From positions 895,078-959,077 of the forward strand of contig JBFLYH010000002.1 in assembly GCA_040756875.1 (NCBI GenBank): a stretch of 64,000 nt of DNA. Reading direction: 5' to 3'. The position numbers and the translations under genes are program-made. How positions within the stretch are numbered: the stretch's first letter is position 1; each line of letters starts with the position of its first letter. The DNA is from a candidate division FCPU426 bacterium (GTDB taxonomy: Bacteria > Oederibacteriota > JAAXVQ01 > JAUVAV01). The notes under the pieces were generated by a model that had not been told where the DNA came from, ran no database searches, and worked only from the letters and a program-made list of their open reading frames with translations. Of this stretch, positions 37,857 through 47,941 are shown in pieces.

Positions 37857-38360
37857 ATGGATATCCAAGGCATACCGTCGGCATATCAGCCTGCGCCTTC
37901 GGAAAACACGAGCACAACGCGTATCCAACGCCCGGCGCCAACACCCGCGCCTGCGCCCGCAAAAGCAGCGGAGACGAAAATACCCACGCCGGCGCCGGTT
38001 GCGGACAGAGAGCTGGAATCCATCACCCAGCAAATGGACCAACTGCGGCAGTTGAGCCAAAACCGCAACGCGGTTTCGGAGATCAACCAAACGCTGAGCC
38101 AGATGCGCCAGGATTTAAAAAGCGCCAGCCAGGAACGGCTGCAGGAATTCTTCGGTACCATCAACGGCGAGGGTTCGGCCTGGCAAAACCTGACCTTGCA
38201 GGAAAAGGCCTATGAAATCAACCAGCTAAAGGACAAAATCCGCTCCCTGGAACTGGAACGGACGGCGCTGGTGCAGAATATGCGCGAACAGATACAAAGC
38301 GGCACTTACCGGGTTTCCGGCACGGAAATCCTGAAGGGCATGCTTGAGGAATATTTTTAG
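37857..38360 (+). CDS. flgM: Anti-sigma28 factor FlgM-like, elongated (167 aa)
   Basis: C-terminal RTALVQNMREQIQSGTYRVSGTEIL matches the FlgM motif; lies before flgN. Confidence 0.7.
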   Translation: MDIQGIPSAYQPAPSENTSTTRIQRPAPTPAPAPAKAAETKIPTPAPVADRELESITQQMDQLRQLSQNRNAVSEINQTLSQMRQDLKSASQERLQEFFGTINGEGSAWQNLTLQEKAYEINQLKDKIRSLELERTALVQNMREQIQSGTYRVSGTEILKGMLEEYF

Positions 38361-38439
38361 GCGGCCGTCCCCCTGAAGCGCGGCCGGCTGTCCGGACCCA
38401 AGCGTTTTTAAGGACCCATTTCAAGCGGCCGGTGACCCT

Positions 38440-38937
38440 ATGGAACTCCTGTGGGCGCAACTCCTTAATGTGATGGCCGGGCTGGAGCGCCAAGCGAAGG
38501 ATTTGACCGCCTTGGCCTGCAGCCTGAGGGAATCGCTGCTCAAGGAGGAAGTGCGCAAAATCGGCGAGTGGGTGCTGGAACAGGAACAGGAAATGCAGCG
38601 CTTTCACGATCTGGAGCGCGAGCGGGAGGCCCTGGTCCATGCCTTGGGACAGGGCTTGGGGCTTGACCCGGAATATGTGACGGCGACCGTCCTGTTGGAC
38701 CACGTGCCGCCCGCGCAGCGGGCCGAGTATAGGGCGCGCCTGGAAACCCTGAAGCGGGCGGTTGAAACCCTGAAACAGGAACAGGCGGTCAATCAAAAAT
38801 TGCTGCGGCGTTCCCAGGAATTCGTCCATTGGCTGGTGCAATACCTGATAACGCCCGAGGGGGCGGCGCCGATGTACGACCGCCAGGGCGCCAGCCAGCA
38901 GCGGAGTTATTATCATTTTGTGAACCAGGCGTTGTAG
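38440..38937 (+). CDS. flgN: Flagellar chaperone FlgN
   Basis: Helical; LEREREAL, NQKLL..SQ, MYDRQG...VNQAL; between flgM and flgK. Confidence 0.8.
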   Translation: MELLWAQLLNVMAGLERQAKDLTALACSLRESLLKEEVRKIGEWVLEQEQEMQRFHDLEREREALVHALGQGLGLDPEYVTATVLLDHVPPAQRAEYRARLETLKRAVETLKQEQAVNQKLLRRSQEFVHWLVQYLITPEGAAPMYDRQGASQQRSYYHFVNQAL

Positions 38938-38974
38938 CAGCCGGCAAACCCCGCGGGGAAAGGACCGGGATTTC

Positions 38975-40393
38975 ATGTTTTACTCCACCTTTTTCGGCAT
39001 TGAAATCGGGAAACGGGCGCTGGAATCGCAGCAGATGGCGCAAACCGTGGTTTCCCACAACATCGCCAACGCCGCCACCGCCGGCTACTCCCGACAGTTG
39101 GTGTCGCTGGCCGCGACCGATCCGCTGAACATGGCGTCCCTGAACCGGCAGCAGACGCCGGGCCAGCTGGGCACGGGCGTCAATGTCAGCAGCATTTTAA
39201 GAGTGCGGGACATGATGCTCGAGGGGCAGATTCAGCGGGAAACCGGCGTGGGTGCGGCCTGGGACACCAAGAAGAGTTATCTTGGTCAGGTCGAGCAGAT
39301 CGTCCAGGAACCCACGGACCAGGGGTTGAGCCAGTCCCTGGAGGATTTTTGGGCTGCCTGGCAGGAACTGTCCGTTTATCCGGACGATATCGCGGTCCGC
39401 AATGTGCTGTTGTCCCGCGCCGAAACCGTGGTAAATCAGCTGCAATCCATGGATGCGGACCTGGAGGCCCTGCAACGCCAGGCGGACCAGGCCTTCCGGA
39501 GTCATGTCGAGCGGATCAATGAATTGGGCAGCCAGATCCGCGACCTGAACGTCCAGATCAACCAGTCCCTGGGCATGGAGACGCCGCCGAACGATTTGCT
39601 GGACAAGCGGGATGGCTTGCTGCGGGAGTTGTCCGAGCTGACGGATTTCGAAGGGCACGAAATGACCAACGGCTTGTACGCGGTCACCATCAACGGGCAC
39701 ACGCTGGTGCAGGACAATATCTTCGTGCCCCTGCAGGTGGTGGACGACCCCATGAACAACAATTACGCCATGGCCCAGTGGAGCGACGACGGCTCGACCC
39801 TGGTCTATCGGGAAGGCAAACTGGCCGGGCTGACGGAAGTCCGCGACACCTACCTGCCGGGGTACCGCAGCAGTCTCAATGACCTGGCCCTGGGGCTCAT
39901 GAACAGCATCAATCCCGTGCACGCGGCCGGCTACGCCCTGAATGCGGCCGCGCCTTCGGGACAGGTGTTTTTCACGGGCATTGACCTTCAGACCATGGCC
40001 GTGAACCCGATACTGACAGCCGACCCCACGCAGCTGGCGGCAGCCACCCAGGCGTCTGCGCCTGGCGACGGGTCCAATGCCCTGGCCATTGCCCAGCTGC
40101 AATCAGCGCTGATTTTGTCCGGCGGGACCCAGACCGCCGGGGAGTTCTATCAGGAATGGATCGCGCAGGTGGGATTGGACAGCGAGGAGAGCCAGGTAAG
40201 GCTGGACACCCAGAATCTCCTGGTTTCAGGGCTGGAACAGCAGCAGGAATCGCTCGTGGGCGTGAACCTGGACGAGGAGATGACCAACCTGATGCGCTAT
40301 CAGGACGCGTATCAGGCCGCGATCCGGGTGGTCAGCGCCATGGATGAGATGCTGAACCAGCTGATCAATCAGATGGGGCTGGTCGGGCGCTAA
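38975..40393 (+). CDS. flgK: Hook-associated protein FlgK
   Basis: SHNIANAATAGYSRQ, NDLLDKRD, GVNLDEEMTNLMRYQ. Confidence 0.95.
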   Translation: MFYSTFFGIEIGKRALESQQMAQTVVSHNIANAATAGYSRQLVSLAATDPLNMASLNRQQTPGQLGTGVNVSSILRVRDMMLEGQIQRETGVGAAWDTKKSYLGQVEQIVQEPTDQGLSQSLEDFWAAWQELSVYPDDIAVRNVLLSRAETVVNQLQSMDADLEALQRQADQAFRSHVERINELGSQIRDLNVQINQSLGMETPPNDLLDKRDGLLRELSELTDFEGHEMTNGLYAVTINGHTLVQDNIFVPLQVVDDPMNNNYAMAQWSDDGSTLVYREGKLAGLTEVRDTYLPGYRSSLNDLALGLMNSINPVHAAGYALNAAAPSGQVFFTGIDLQTMAVNPILTADPTQLAAATQASAPGDGSNALAIAQLQSALILSGGTQTAGEFYQEWIAQVGLDSEESQVRLDTQNLLVSGLEQQQESLVGVNLDEEMTNLMRYQDAYQAAIRVVSAMDEMLNQLINQMGLVGR

Positions 40394-40418
40394 TTCCGCC
40401 TGACCCCGGGAGGGAACC

Positions 40419-41330
40419 GTGAGGATTTCCACGAATCTTGTCTCCAACCAAATCATCGAGAACCTCAACGTCGATCTGGAGCGCCTGACAGCCCTCAACA
40501 ACCAGACGTCGACCGGACGGCGCATTCAGCGGCCGTCCGACGACCCCCTGGGCGCGCAGCGCGTAACCTCGGTGGGCGAAGCCATCTCGCGGCTCGAGCA
40601 ATACCAGCGCAATTCCACCTACGTCACCAACTGGATTAATGCGACCGAAAGCGCCCTGACCGGCGTGAACGACGCCCTGCGGCGGGCCAATTCCCTGGCC
40701 GTGCGGGGCGCCAACGACGCCACCCTCACCCAGACCGAACTGGACGCGCTGGCCTCGGAAGTGAACGGCATTTTGGAAAATATTTACCAGTTGAGCAATA
40801 CCACCCTGGAAGGCCGGTATCTGTTCAGCGGCTACCAGACCGCCACCTCGTCCTACCAGGCGGTCATGGCCGGCACGGAGATCGCCAGCGTCAATTACAC
40901 GGGCGATGCGGGTGTGGACCAGGTTGAGATCGACCAGGGCCAGACCGTGAACAAGAACCTGCCGGGCAGCGTGGTTTTTCAGCCGGCAGCCGGCATCGAC
41001 GTGTTCGCCACGCTGGTCGCGCTGCGCGACGACCTGCGGGCCGGAAACCAGGCGGCCGTGGCCGCTGCCATTGCCACGACCGAAACCGCGCGGCAGCAGG
41101 TGGCTGACCAGGTCTCGATCCTGGGCAACAAGACCAACCAGCTGGAGGGGGTGGGCGAAAACCTGGCCACCAAAAAAAACGGGTTGGTCAATCTCGAATC
41201 CCAGCTGGCGGACGTGGACATGCCTTCGGCCATCGTGGAACTGAAGACCGCCGAGAACATTTACACCGCGGCATTGGAAAGCAGTGCCCGGATCATGAAT
41301 CTGCCTAAATTGATGGATTTTCTGGGGTAA
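40419..41330 (+). CDS. flgL: Hook-associated protein FlgL
   Basis: MRIST, TGRRIQRPSDDP, GRYLFSG, LMDFL. Confidence 0.95.
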   Translation: MRISTNLVSNQIIENLNVDLERLTALNNQTSTGRRIQRPSDDPLGAQRVTSVGEAISRLEQYQRNSTYVTNWINATESALTGVNDALRRANSLAVRGANDATLTQTELDALASEVNGILENIYQLSNTTLEGRYLFSGYQTATSSYQAVMAGTEIASVNYTGDAGVDQVEIDQGQTVNKNLPGSVVFQPAAGIDVFATLVALRDDLRAGNQAAVAAAIATTETARQQVADQVSILGNKTNQLEGVGENLATKKNGLVNLESQLADVDMPSAIVELKTAENIYTAALESSARIMNLPKLMDFLG

Positions 41331-41424
41331 AGCATTCCCGCGGCCGCTGGCAGCCGCGGATATCCGCAGGCGACCCTCCGCCCTCCGGACCGGGCGGGGG
41401 CCGAGGCTGCAAAAGCGAGGGCGC

Positions 41425-41928
41425 ATGATACGCATTGAGTCGCGGCATTTCGGAACGCTGGAAGTCGAGGAGGGGAAAATATTGCGCTTTCCCCGCGGGC
41501 TGGTGGGATTCGCGGACGCCACTTCTTTTTGCCTGCTGAGCCACCTGGAAGCGGCCCCCTACCAATGGCTGCAAGGCGTCACCCGGCCGGACCTGGCGTT
41601 TATCGTGGTGCCTATGGCGTTCATCGATCCCGCCTACCAGCTGGACCTGGGTGAAACGGAACGGCAAATCCTGCGCCTGAACCCCGGGGAGCAGCCGCTG
41701 GTGCTGGGCATCGTGACCATACCCGAGGATCCCCTGGATGCCATGGTCAATAAACTGGCGCCGCTGGTTTTAAATGAAAACACCCGCCTGGGACACCAGG
41801 TGATCAATGAATCATCGGGGTACCGCACCCGGCACGTGATCCGGGAGGAACTGGGGCCTCGCGCCAGGGAGGGCGAAAACCATGTTGGTGCTTACCCGCA
41901 AGAAAAAGCAGTCATTGATGCTCGGTGA
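41425..41928 (+). CDS. fliW: Flagellar assembly factor FliW
   Basis: FGTLEV..ILRFPRGLVGF, WLQ..PDLAFIVV, N.LAPLVLN. Confidence 0.92.
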   Translation: MIRIESRHFGTLEVEEGKILRFPRGLVGFADATSFCLLSHLEAAPYQWLQGVTRPDLAFIVVPMAFIDPAYQLDLGETERQILRLNPGEQPLVLGIVTIPEDPLDAMVNKLAPLVLNENTRLGHQVINESSGYRTRHVIREELGPRAREGENHVGAYPQEKAVIDAR

Positions 41929-42124
41929 CGATATCGAAATCCAGGTGCTGGAGGTCAACGGCGAGCAGGTGCGCCTGGGCATCCAGGCGCCCGCGGCCTT
42001 GCGCATTCTCCGGCGCGAGCTGTACGCGGATGTCCAGGAAAAGAACCTGGAAGCCGCCATTAAATCGTCGCCCCAGGCGCTGACGGCGCATTTAAGAAAA
42101 CACCCGGAAGAGCCGAAGGCATAA
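41882..42124 (+). CDS. csrA: Carbon storage regulator CsrA
   Basis: MLVLTRK..QSLMLGDDIEI..VRLGIQAP..RRELY. Confidence 0.95.
   Translation: MLVLTRKKKQSLMLGDDIEIQVLEVNGEQVRLGIQAPAALRILRRELYADVQEKNLEAAIKSSPQALTAHLRKHPEEPKA
42091..42119 (+). promoter_or_regulatory. Sigma28 promoter (flagellin), inside the csrA 3' end
   Basis: TTTAAG-N15-GCCGAAGG. Confidence 0.65.
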
Positions 42125-42222
42125 AGAGGAACGGTCTTAAACACCCCAACCGCATGCAGACCCGGCCTGCGACCGGCCGGCGGAGGCGAGGGACTGCAGG
42201 GCGGCCACCGGTGATTAAGATA

Positions 42223-42260
42223 CGGCAGGGATGCCGGATCATTCATCAAGGAGGATCTTG
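42223..42260 (+). promoter_or_regulatory. CsrA-binding hairpins in the flagellin leader
   Basis: CGGCA-GGGA-TGCCG and CAAG-GAGGAT-CTTG (over the SD): GGA in hairpin loops. Confidence 0.75.
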
Positions 42261-42262
42261 TC

Positions 42263-43090
42263 ATGGGATTTGCAATCAACCACAACGTCGCTTCGGTCAA
42301 CACCCTGGGGTCGTTGGACAAAACGACCTCGGCCATCAGCAAGTCGATGCAGAAGCTCTCCACGGGCTTGCGCATTGTCAAAGCCGGTGACGACGCTTCC
42401 GGCCTGGTGATCAGCGAGCGCATGCGCGCGCAGATTACCAGCTTGGAAACGGCGAAACTGAACGCCAACGAAGGCATCTCCATGTTGACCACTGCCGAAG
42501 GCGCGCTGAATGAAATCAGCAGCATTCTGCAGCGGATGCGCACCCTGGCTGTCCGCGCTTCGCAGGACGTGACCTTGGGCGCCACGGAACTGGGCGAGAT
42601 GGACGCGGAAGACGCCGACCTCGCGTTGGAAATCGACCGCATCACTTCGTACGTGGAATTCAACGGGAAGAAGCTGTTCGACGGCACCTTGAGCGGCGCC
42701 CTGCACGTGGGCCCGAACGAGACGCCGGCTGAGGACGAAATCGCCGTGACCGTCGCGGCCATGGATGCCACTTCGCTGGGCGTGAACGCCAATGACCTCA
42801 CCACCAACGCCACAGCCCTGGCGGCCATCACGGCCATCGACACCGCCATCGACACTGTCACCGACATCCGCGGCGACCTGGGCGTGACCATGAACCGGCT
42901 GGAACACACCGTGGCCAACCTCGACGTCATGATCGAGAACACCACGGCGTCGGAAAGCCGCATTCGCGATGTGGATATGGCAGTCGAGATATCGAACTTC
43001 ACTCGGCTCCAGATCCTGCAGCAGTCCACGACATCCATGTTGGCGCAAGCCAACGCGCAACCCCAAGCAGTTCTGCAGTTGCTGCAATAA
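42263..43090 (+). CDS. fliC: Flagellin (minimal, 275 aa)
   Basis: INHN, KLSTGLRI..AGDDASGL.ISE, SESRIRDVDMA.E, LAQAN..PQAVLQLLQ. Confidence 0.97.
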   Translation: MGFAINHNVASVNTLGSLDKTTSAISKSMQKLSTGLRIVKAGDDASGLVISERMRAQITSLETAKLNANEGISMLTTAEGALNEISSILQRMRTLAVRASQDVTLGATELGEMDAEDADLALEIDRITSYVEFNGKKLFDGTLSGALHVGPNETPAEDEIAVTVAAMDATSLGVNANDLTTNATALAAITAIDTAIDTVTDIRGDLGVTMNRLEHTVANLDVMIENTTASESRIRDVDMAVEISNFTRLQILQQSTTSMLAQANAQPQAVLQLLQ

Positions 43091-43104
43091 CGGACGCAGG
43101 TAGG

Positions 43105-43142
43105 AAAAGGGCTGTCCTCAGGAGGGCAGCCCTTTTTCTTTA
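43105..43142 (+). terminator. Terminator after flagellin
   Basis: AAAAGGGCTGTCCT-CAGG-AGGGCAGCCCTTTT followed by a T-rich tail. Confidence 0.85.
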
Positions 43143-43157
43143 CCTGTTAACTTCCCA

Positions 43158-43186
43158 TTTAACTCCTCCAGACGCCCGGACGATAC
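43158..43186 (+). promoter_or_regulatory. Sigma28-like promoter of the modification island
   Basis: TTTAAC-N15-GACGATAC, same spacing as the flgM and fliC promoters. Confidence 0.5.
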
Positions 43187-43359
43187 TTTCCCCAGCTCGG
43201 CCGGGGGGCCCAGCGCAACTACACCCAACACGACACGAGAAAAACATTCTGCGACACCGGTTTTCACGACACCGTCCGCCGCTGGCTCCCCTCCGGCTTC
43301 GGGCCGGGAAGGAGAGTAAAATCTCCCGCGTCCCCGGCCGACCACACCGAGGTGTCAGG

Positions 43360-44097
43360 ATGACGGTTCTGTCCAACACCGCAAGGAATCCCAACCTGGT
43401 CCAGGCTGAGACGCTGCAAGCCTGCACGATATGTGGAGGTCGAACCTTCGCGCAGCAGGAAGTGCTGTGGCCGGATTTGATCCGGGCCTGGGACCTGAAT
43501 CCGGAAGAAACCCGCCTGATCAACCGCCAGCAAGGGTATCTCTGCCAAACCTGCGGCGCCAATCTGCGTTCCATGACCTTGGCCGGCGCCTTAATGGAAT
43601 GCTTTGATTGGTACGGGACTTTGGACGTTTTCATCACATCGCCGCAAGCGCGCCAGGCGCGGTTTCTGGAGATCAATCCGGCTGGAAGCCTGCACCAGTA
43701 TCTGAAGCGGCTGCCCCAATGCCAGTGCCTGGCTTTTCCCCAGACGGACATGCAGGCCCTGGACTTGCCCGACGACGGGGTTGATTATGTGGTGCATTCC
43801 GACACGCTGGAACACGTGCCTGACCCGGTACAGGGCCTGCGGGAATGCCGCAGGGTGCTCCGTCCCAACGGCTGCCTGCTGTTTACCATTCCCATCGTGC
43901 CCACCCGCTTGACCCGGCGCCGCGACGGCCTGGCACCCTGCAGCCACGGCAGCGCCCAGGACCAGCCGGAGGATTACCGCGTCATTACGGAATATGGAGC
44001 TGATTTTTACCTGGAGTTGATCCAGGCGGGCTGGAAAAAGATATCGCTGTACTCGCTGGGCACGGTCGCGTCCCTGGCGGTGATCGGAATCAAGTAA
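43360..44097 (+). CDS. Class I SAM methyltransferase with N-terminal CxxC..CxxC
   Basis: CTIC/CQTC; DMQAL, DYVVHSDTLEHVPD, RRVLRPNG. Confidence 0.8.
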   Translation: MTVLSNTARNPNLVQAETLQACTICGGRTFAQQEVLWPDLIRAWDLNPEETRLINRQQGYLCQTCGANLRSMTLAGALMECFDWYGTLDVFITSPQARQARFLEINPAGSLHQYLKRLPQCQCLAFPQTDMQALDLPDDGVDYVVHSDTLEHVPDPVQGLRECRRVLRPNGCLLFTIPIVPTRLTRRRDGLAPCSHGSAQDQPEDYRVITEYGADFYLELIQAGWKKISLYSLGTVASLAVIGIK

Positions 44098-44109
44098 GGA
44101 GCGAACGCA

Positions 44110-47100
44110 ATGGCGGATCTTCCCTTCACGGGCGAACGGTACGTGGCCCGGCTCGGCACGGCGGAAATCAGCTACGAGCATTGGCACCGCTACCTTTTTG
44201 CCGCCGAGGCGGCGGCCGGCAAACGGGTGCTGGACATCGCCTGCGGCGAAGGGTACGGCAGCGCCTGGCTGGCCCGGAACGCGGCCCGGGTGGTGGGCGT
44301 GGATATCGATCCGCAGGCCGTTGCCTATGCGCGGGAGCGGTATCCGCGCGGCAACCTGTCTTTCTGCGTTGGCAGCGTGGATGCCGTTCCGGTGACCGAA
44401 GACCACAGCCTGGATCTCATCGTCTGCTTTGAGACCATCGAACATGTTGAGGCCGAAAAGCAGGAGGGGTTCATGCGCGAGGCCAAGCGCCTGCTGGCGC
44501 CCGGCGGCAGCCTGATGATTTCCACGCCCAATAAAAAAATCTATACCGATCTGCCCCAGCATCAAAACCCGTTTCACGTCAGCGAATTCTACTATGAGGA
44601 GTTTAAAAAGTTCATCGCAGCCCATTTTAAGCAGGCGGTGTATTTCGGGCAGAAAGTATACCCCGCTTCCGTGATCTGGCCGCTCGAGCAAGCGGCCGGC
44701 GCTGCCTCGCGGTATGCCCTGCAATGGTCCGAGGGCGCGTTCTCGCCCGTGCAGGCGCCGCTGGCCGACATGTATGATCTGGCCTGGTGCACGGATGACG
44801 GCGAATTGTCCGTCCGGGAGTCGCTGCTGGTGGACTTGAACGAGCGCTGGATCCGCGAGTGCCATGAGCAGATGCAGAATGTGAACCAAGCGTTGATGAA
44901 AAGCCGGCAGCAGCTCGAACTCCAGGCGAAGAAAATCGATATTTTGCAGCGCACGAACAACGCTTTGACCAGGCAGTTGGGCGCCGCGTCCGAAAAAAGC
45001 CCGGGCGCTTCGGCGGCTGAGAAATTCACCGTCAGCATCGTCATTCCGGTCTTCAACCGGGTGGAGTACACCCGGGCGTGCCTGGATGCTTTGGTCGCCA
45101 CCACGCCAAACGAAGGAGTGGAGCTGATCGTGGTGGACAATGCCTCCACCGACGCCACGCCCGAGCTGTGCCAGGCCTTGAGCGGCGACGTGCGCGTGAT
45201 CCGGAACGCCGAAAACCTCGGCTTCGTGCGCGCCTGCAACCAGGGCGCGGCCGTGGCCCGGGGGAAATACCTGCTGTTTTTGAACAACGACACCGTGCCC
45301 CAGTCCGGCTGGCTCGACGCGCTGCTGCGGCCGGCTGAAACGGACGAGCGCGTGGCAGCGGTCGGCGCCAAATTGGTGTATCCGGACGGGCGGTTGCAGG
45401 AAGCCGGCGGGATCATTTTCAACGACGGCAGCGGCTGGAATTTTGGGCGCCTGGATGACCCGGCCAAACCCGCTTACCAGGAGCTGGTCGAAGTGGATTA
45501 CTGCTCCGGGGCCTGCCTGCTGGTGCGGCGCCGGGCGTTCGAACAGGTGGACGGATTCGACCTGCGCTACGCGCCGGCGTATTATGAAGATACGGATCTG
45601 TGTTTTTCGCTGCGCGAGCAGGGGTACAAAGTGATGTATTGCCCCGGGGCGCTGGTCGTGCACTGCGAGGGCGCCACCGCGGGAACGGACCTGGGCGCCG
45701 GGTTCAAGCGCTACCAGGTCATCAACCGGAAAAAGTTCGTCGAAAAATGGCGGGATCAGTTGCAGGCCCAGGACCCGCCGCCCTCCCTGACCCGCCGGAC
45801 GCCGGTGACCGCGGACCGCAGGCGGCTGCGATCGGCCGCGGTCGAAGCGCCGTCCGTCGCCTTGTCCGCGGACCGTGCGCCGGCCATCCTGGTCATTGAT
45901 CCGATCCTGCCGTGCTATGACCGCGCCTCCGGAAGCCTGCGCTTGTTCAATGTCCTTAAACTCATGCTGGCTTTGGGCTGGCGCGTCACGTACCTGGCCC
46001 GCAACGGCCTGCGCCAGGAGACGTACAAGCGGGAACTGGAGGCCATGGGCATCGAAGTGTATGCCACGGATCCCGAGAAAATGGCCAAGCAGGGATGTCC
46101 TGTCGATGCGCCGGTCATTCCCCTGGAGCAGATCCTGCGCGCCCGCCGCTTCGATGTGGCCTGGCTGTCGTTTTACCACATTGCCGAGGACTATTTGCCG
46201 GACATCCGGCGGCATTCGCCGGAGACCCGGATCGTGATCGATACGGTCGACGTGCATTTCCTGCGCGAACAGCGCCAGGCTGAATTGCAGAAGGACGACA
46301 AGCTCCGGCTGTCCGCCCGGCAGACCCGCGAACGCGAGCTGGCCATTTATGCGCAGGCCGAGGCGTTGATTACGGTCACGGCCGCGGACCGGGAGATCCT
46401 GGCGCCGGTGGTGCCGGGCAAGCCGATCCATGTGGTTCCCAACATTCACGACATCAAACCCAGGAAAAACGGGTACGCCCAGCGCCAGGGGCTGCTCTTT
46501 GTGGGCAACTTCAACCATCCGCCCAATGCGGATGCGGTCCGGTATTTCTGCCAGGACGTGTTCCCGAAAATCCAGGCCGCCCTTCCGGACGTGCAGCTGC
46601 AGGTCGTGGGCGCCCATCCGCCCGAGGACGTCCAGCGCCTGCAAACGGAGCGGATCACGGTCACGGGCTATGTCATGGACACCCAGCCGTATATCGAGTC
46701 GTGCCGGGTGTCCATTGCGCCTTTGCGTTTCGGCGCGGGTATGAAGGGAAAAGTAGGCGAAGCCCTGGCCGGCGGCCTGCCAGTGGTGACGACCAGCATG
46801 GGAGCGGAAGGGATGGGCGTGGAGCATGATCGGCAGCTTTTGGTGGCGGATGACGCGGAGGGTTTCGCCCAGGCGGTGATCAGGCTGTATTCAGACCCGG
46901 CCCTGTGGGAACGGCTTTCCCAAGCCGGGCAAGACTTTATGCAGCGCCAATACGCGCCCGACGCCATTAAAGACCAGTTGGCAACCGTGCTGCAGGCAAT
47001 CCGTCCGCCGCGCAGCCAGAAGCAAAGCGCCGTCGTGGAGGAGCCCGCGAAAAAGGACGATGTCAGCATGGTGATGCTGACCCGGAATCAGCAGGAATAC

Positions 47101-47892
47101 ACCCGGAAGTGCCTGGAGAGCATTTTTAAGCACACCCAACAGCCGTATGAAATCATCGTGGTGGACAACGGGTCCACGGACGGCACGCCGGAATTTATCC
47201 GCGGCCTGGCCCCGCAGCGGCCCGAGGCCTGCCGCAGGCTGGAATTGATCGCCAATGCCGAAAACCGGGGATTTGCCGTGGCCAACAACCAGGGGCTGGC
47301 TGCCGGACGCGGCGCGTTCCGGATTTTGCTCAATAATGACGTGGTGGTGACGCCGGGATGGCTGGAGCGGATGCTGGCGGTGTTCCAACGCTCAGCGGCC
47401 ATCGGCCTGGTGGGGCCCATGTCCAACTGCGTCTCCGGCCCCCAGCAGGTGCCTGCACCGGGGTACCAGACGGAAACCCTGGAGGGGCTGGACAACTACG
47501 CCCGGCTGTTCGCCCGGCAGCGTAGCGGACGGGCGCGGCCAAGCTGGCGGGTGGTGGGGTTCTGCATGCTGATCCGGGAGCAGGTGATCGAAAAGATCGG
47601 CGGACTTGACCCGCGTTTTGGGTTGGGAAATTTCGAGGACGACGATTTCTCACTGCGGGCCTCGCTGGCCGGGTTCGAGTCCTGGATCGCCGAGGATTGC
47701 TTTGTGCACCATTTTGGCAGCCGGACGTTCAGCGGCGAACGGATTGACTACCGCCAGAGCCTGCAGTCGAATTGGGAGATCTTCAAGCGGAAGTGGAACC
47801 TGCCGCCCGAGACGCCGTTTGGGGGCGTGGTGGACCTGGCACCGACGCTGAAGCAGGCTTTTCAGCCGAAGCATTACTGCGCCCTGGCGTAA
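44110..47892 (+). CDS. Multidomain methyltransferase - coiled coil - GT2 - GT4 - GT2
   Basis: FTGER/VLDIACGEGYG; VDNASTD/FLNNDT/YYEDTD; PLRFGAGMKGKVGEA; VDNGSTD/LLNNDV/FEDDD. Confidence 0.9.
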   Translation: MADLPFTGERYVARLGTAEISYEHWHRYLFAAEAAAGKRVLDIACGEGYGSAWLARNAARVVGVDIDPQAVAYARERYPRGNLSFCVGSVDAVPVTEDHSLDLIVCFETIEHVEAEKQEGFMREAKRLLAPGGSLMISTPNKKIYTDLPQHQNPFHVSEFYYEEFKKFIAAHFKQAVYFGQKVYPASVIWPLEQAAGAASRYALQWSEGAFSPVQAPLADMYDLAWCTDDGELSVRESLLVDLNERWIRECHEQMQNVNQALMKSRQQLELQAKKIDILQRTNNALTRQLGAASEKSPGASAAEKFTVSIVIPVFNRVEYTRACLDALVATTPNEGVELIVVDNASTDATPELCQALSGDVRVIRNAENLGFVRACNQGAAVARGKYLLFLNNDTVPQSGWLDALLRPAETDERVAAVGAKLVYPDGRLQEAGGIIFNDGSGWNFGRLDDPAKPAYQELVEVDYCSGACLLVRRRAFEQVDGFDLRYAPAYYEDTDLCFSLREQGYKVMYCPGALVVHCEGATAGTDLGAGFKRYQVINRKKFVEKWRDQLQAQDPPPSLTRRTPVTADRRRLRSAAVEAPSVALSADRAPAILVIDPILPCYDRASGSLRLFNVLKLMLALGWRVTYLARNGLRQETYKRELEAMGIEVYATDPEKMAKQGCPVDAPVIPLEQILRARRFDVAWLSFYHIAEDYLPDIRRHSPETRIVIDTVDVHFLREQRQAELQKDDKLRLSARQTRERELAIYAQAEALITVTAADREILAPVVPGKPIHVVPNIHDIKPRKNGYAQRQGLLFVGNFNHPPNADAVRYFCQDVFPKIQAALPDVQLQVVGAHPPEDVQRLQTERITVTGYVMDTQPYIESCRVSIAPLRFGAGMKGKVGEALAGGLPVVTTSMGAEGMGVEHDRQLLVADDAEGFAQAVIRLYSDPALWERLSQAGQDFMQRQYAPDAIKDQLATVLQAIRPPRSQKQSAVVEEPAKKDDVSMVMLTRNQQEYTRKCLESIFKHTQQPYEIIVVDNGSTDGTPEFIRGLAPQRPEACRRLELIANAENRGFAVANNQGLAAGRGAFRILLNNDVVVTPGWLERMLAVFQRSAAIGLVGPMSNCVSGPQQVPAPGYQTETLEGLDNYARLFARQRSGRARPSWRVVGFCMLIREQVIEKIGGLDPRFGLGNFEDDDFSLRASLAGFESWIAEDCFVHHFGSRTFSGERIDYRQSLQSNWEIFKRKWNLPPETPFGGVVDLAPTLKQAFQPKHYCALA

Positions 47893-47941
47893 CCGGAACA
47901 GAACGCGGTGAATAAAGCGGCATTTTAACGGGGAGAAACCC

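Noticed and set aside
43591-46827. 1078-aa ORF on the minus strand
   Set aside because: Antisense shadow of the GC-rich methyltransferase/GT genes with no recognisable motifs. The same applies to the many other long antisense ORFs in the track.
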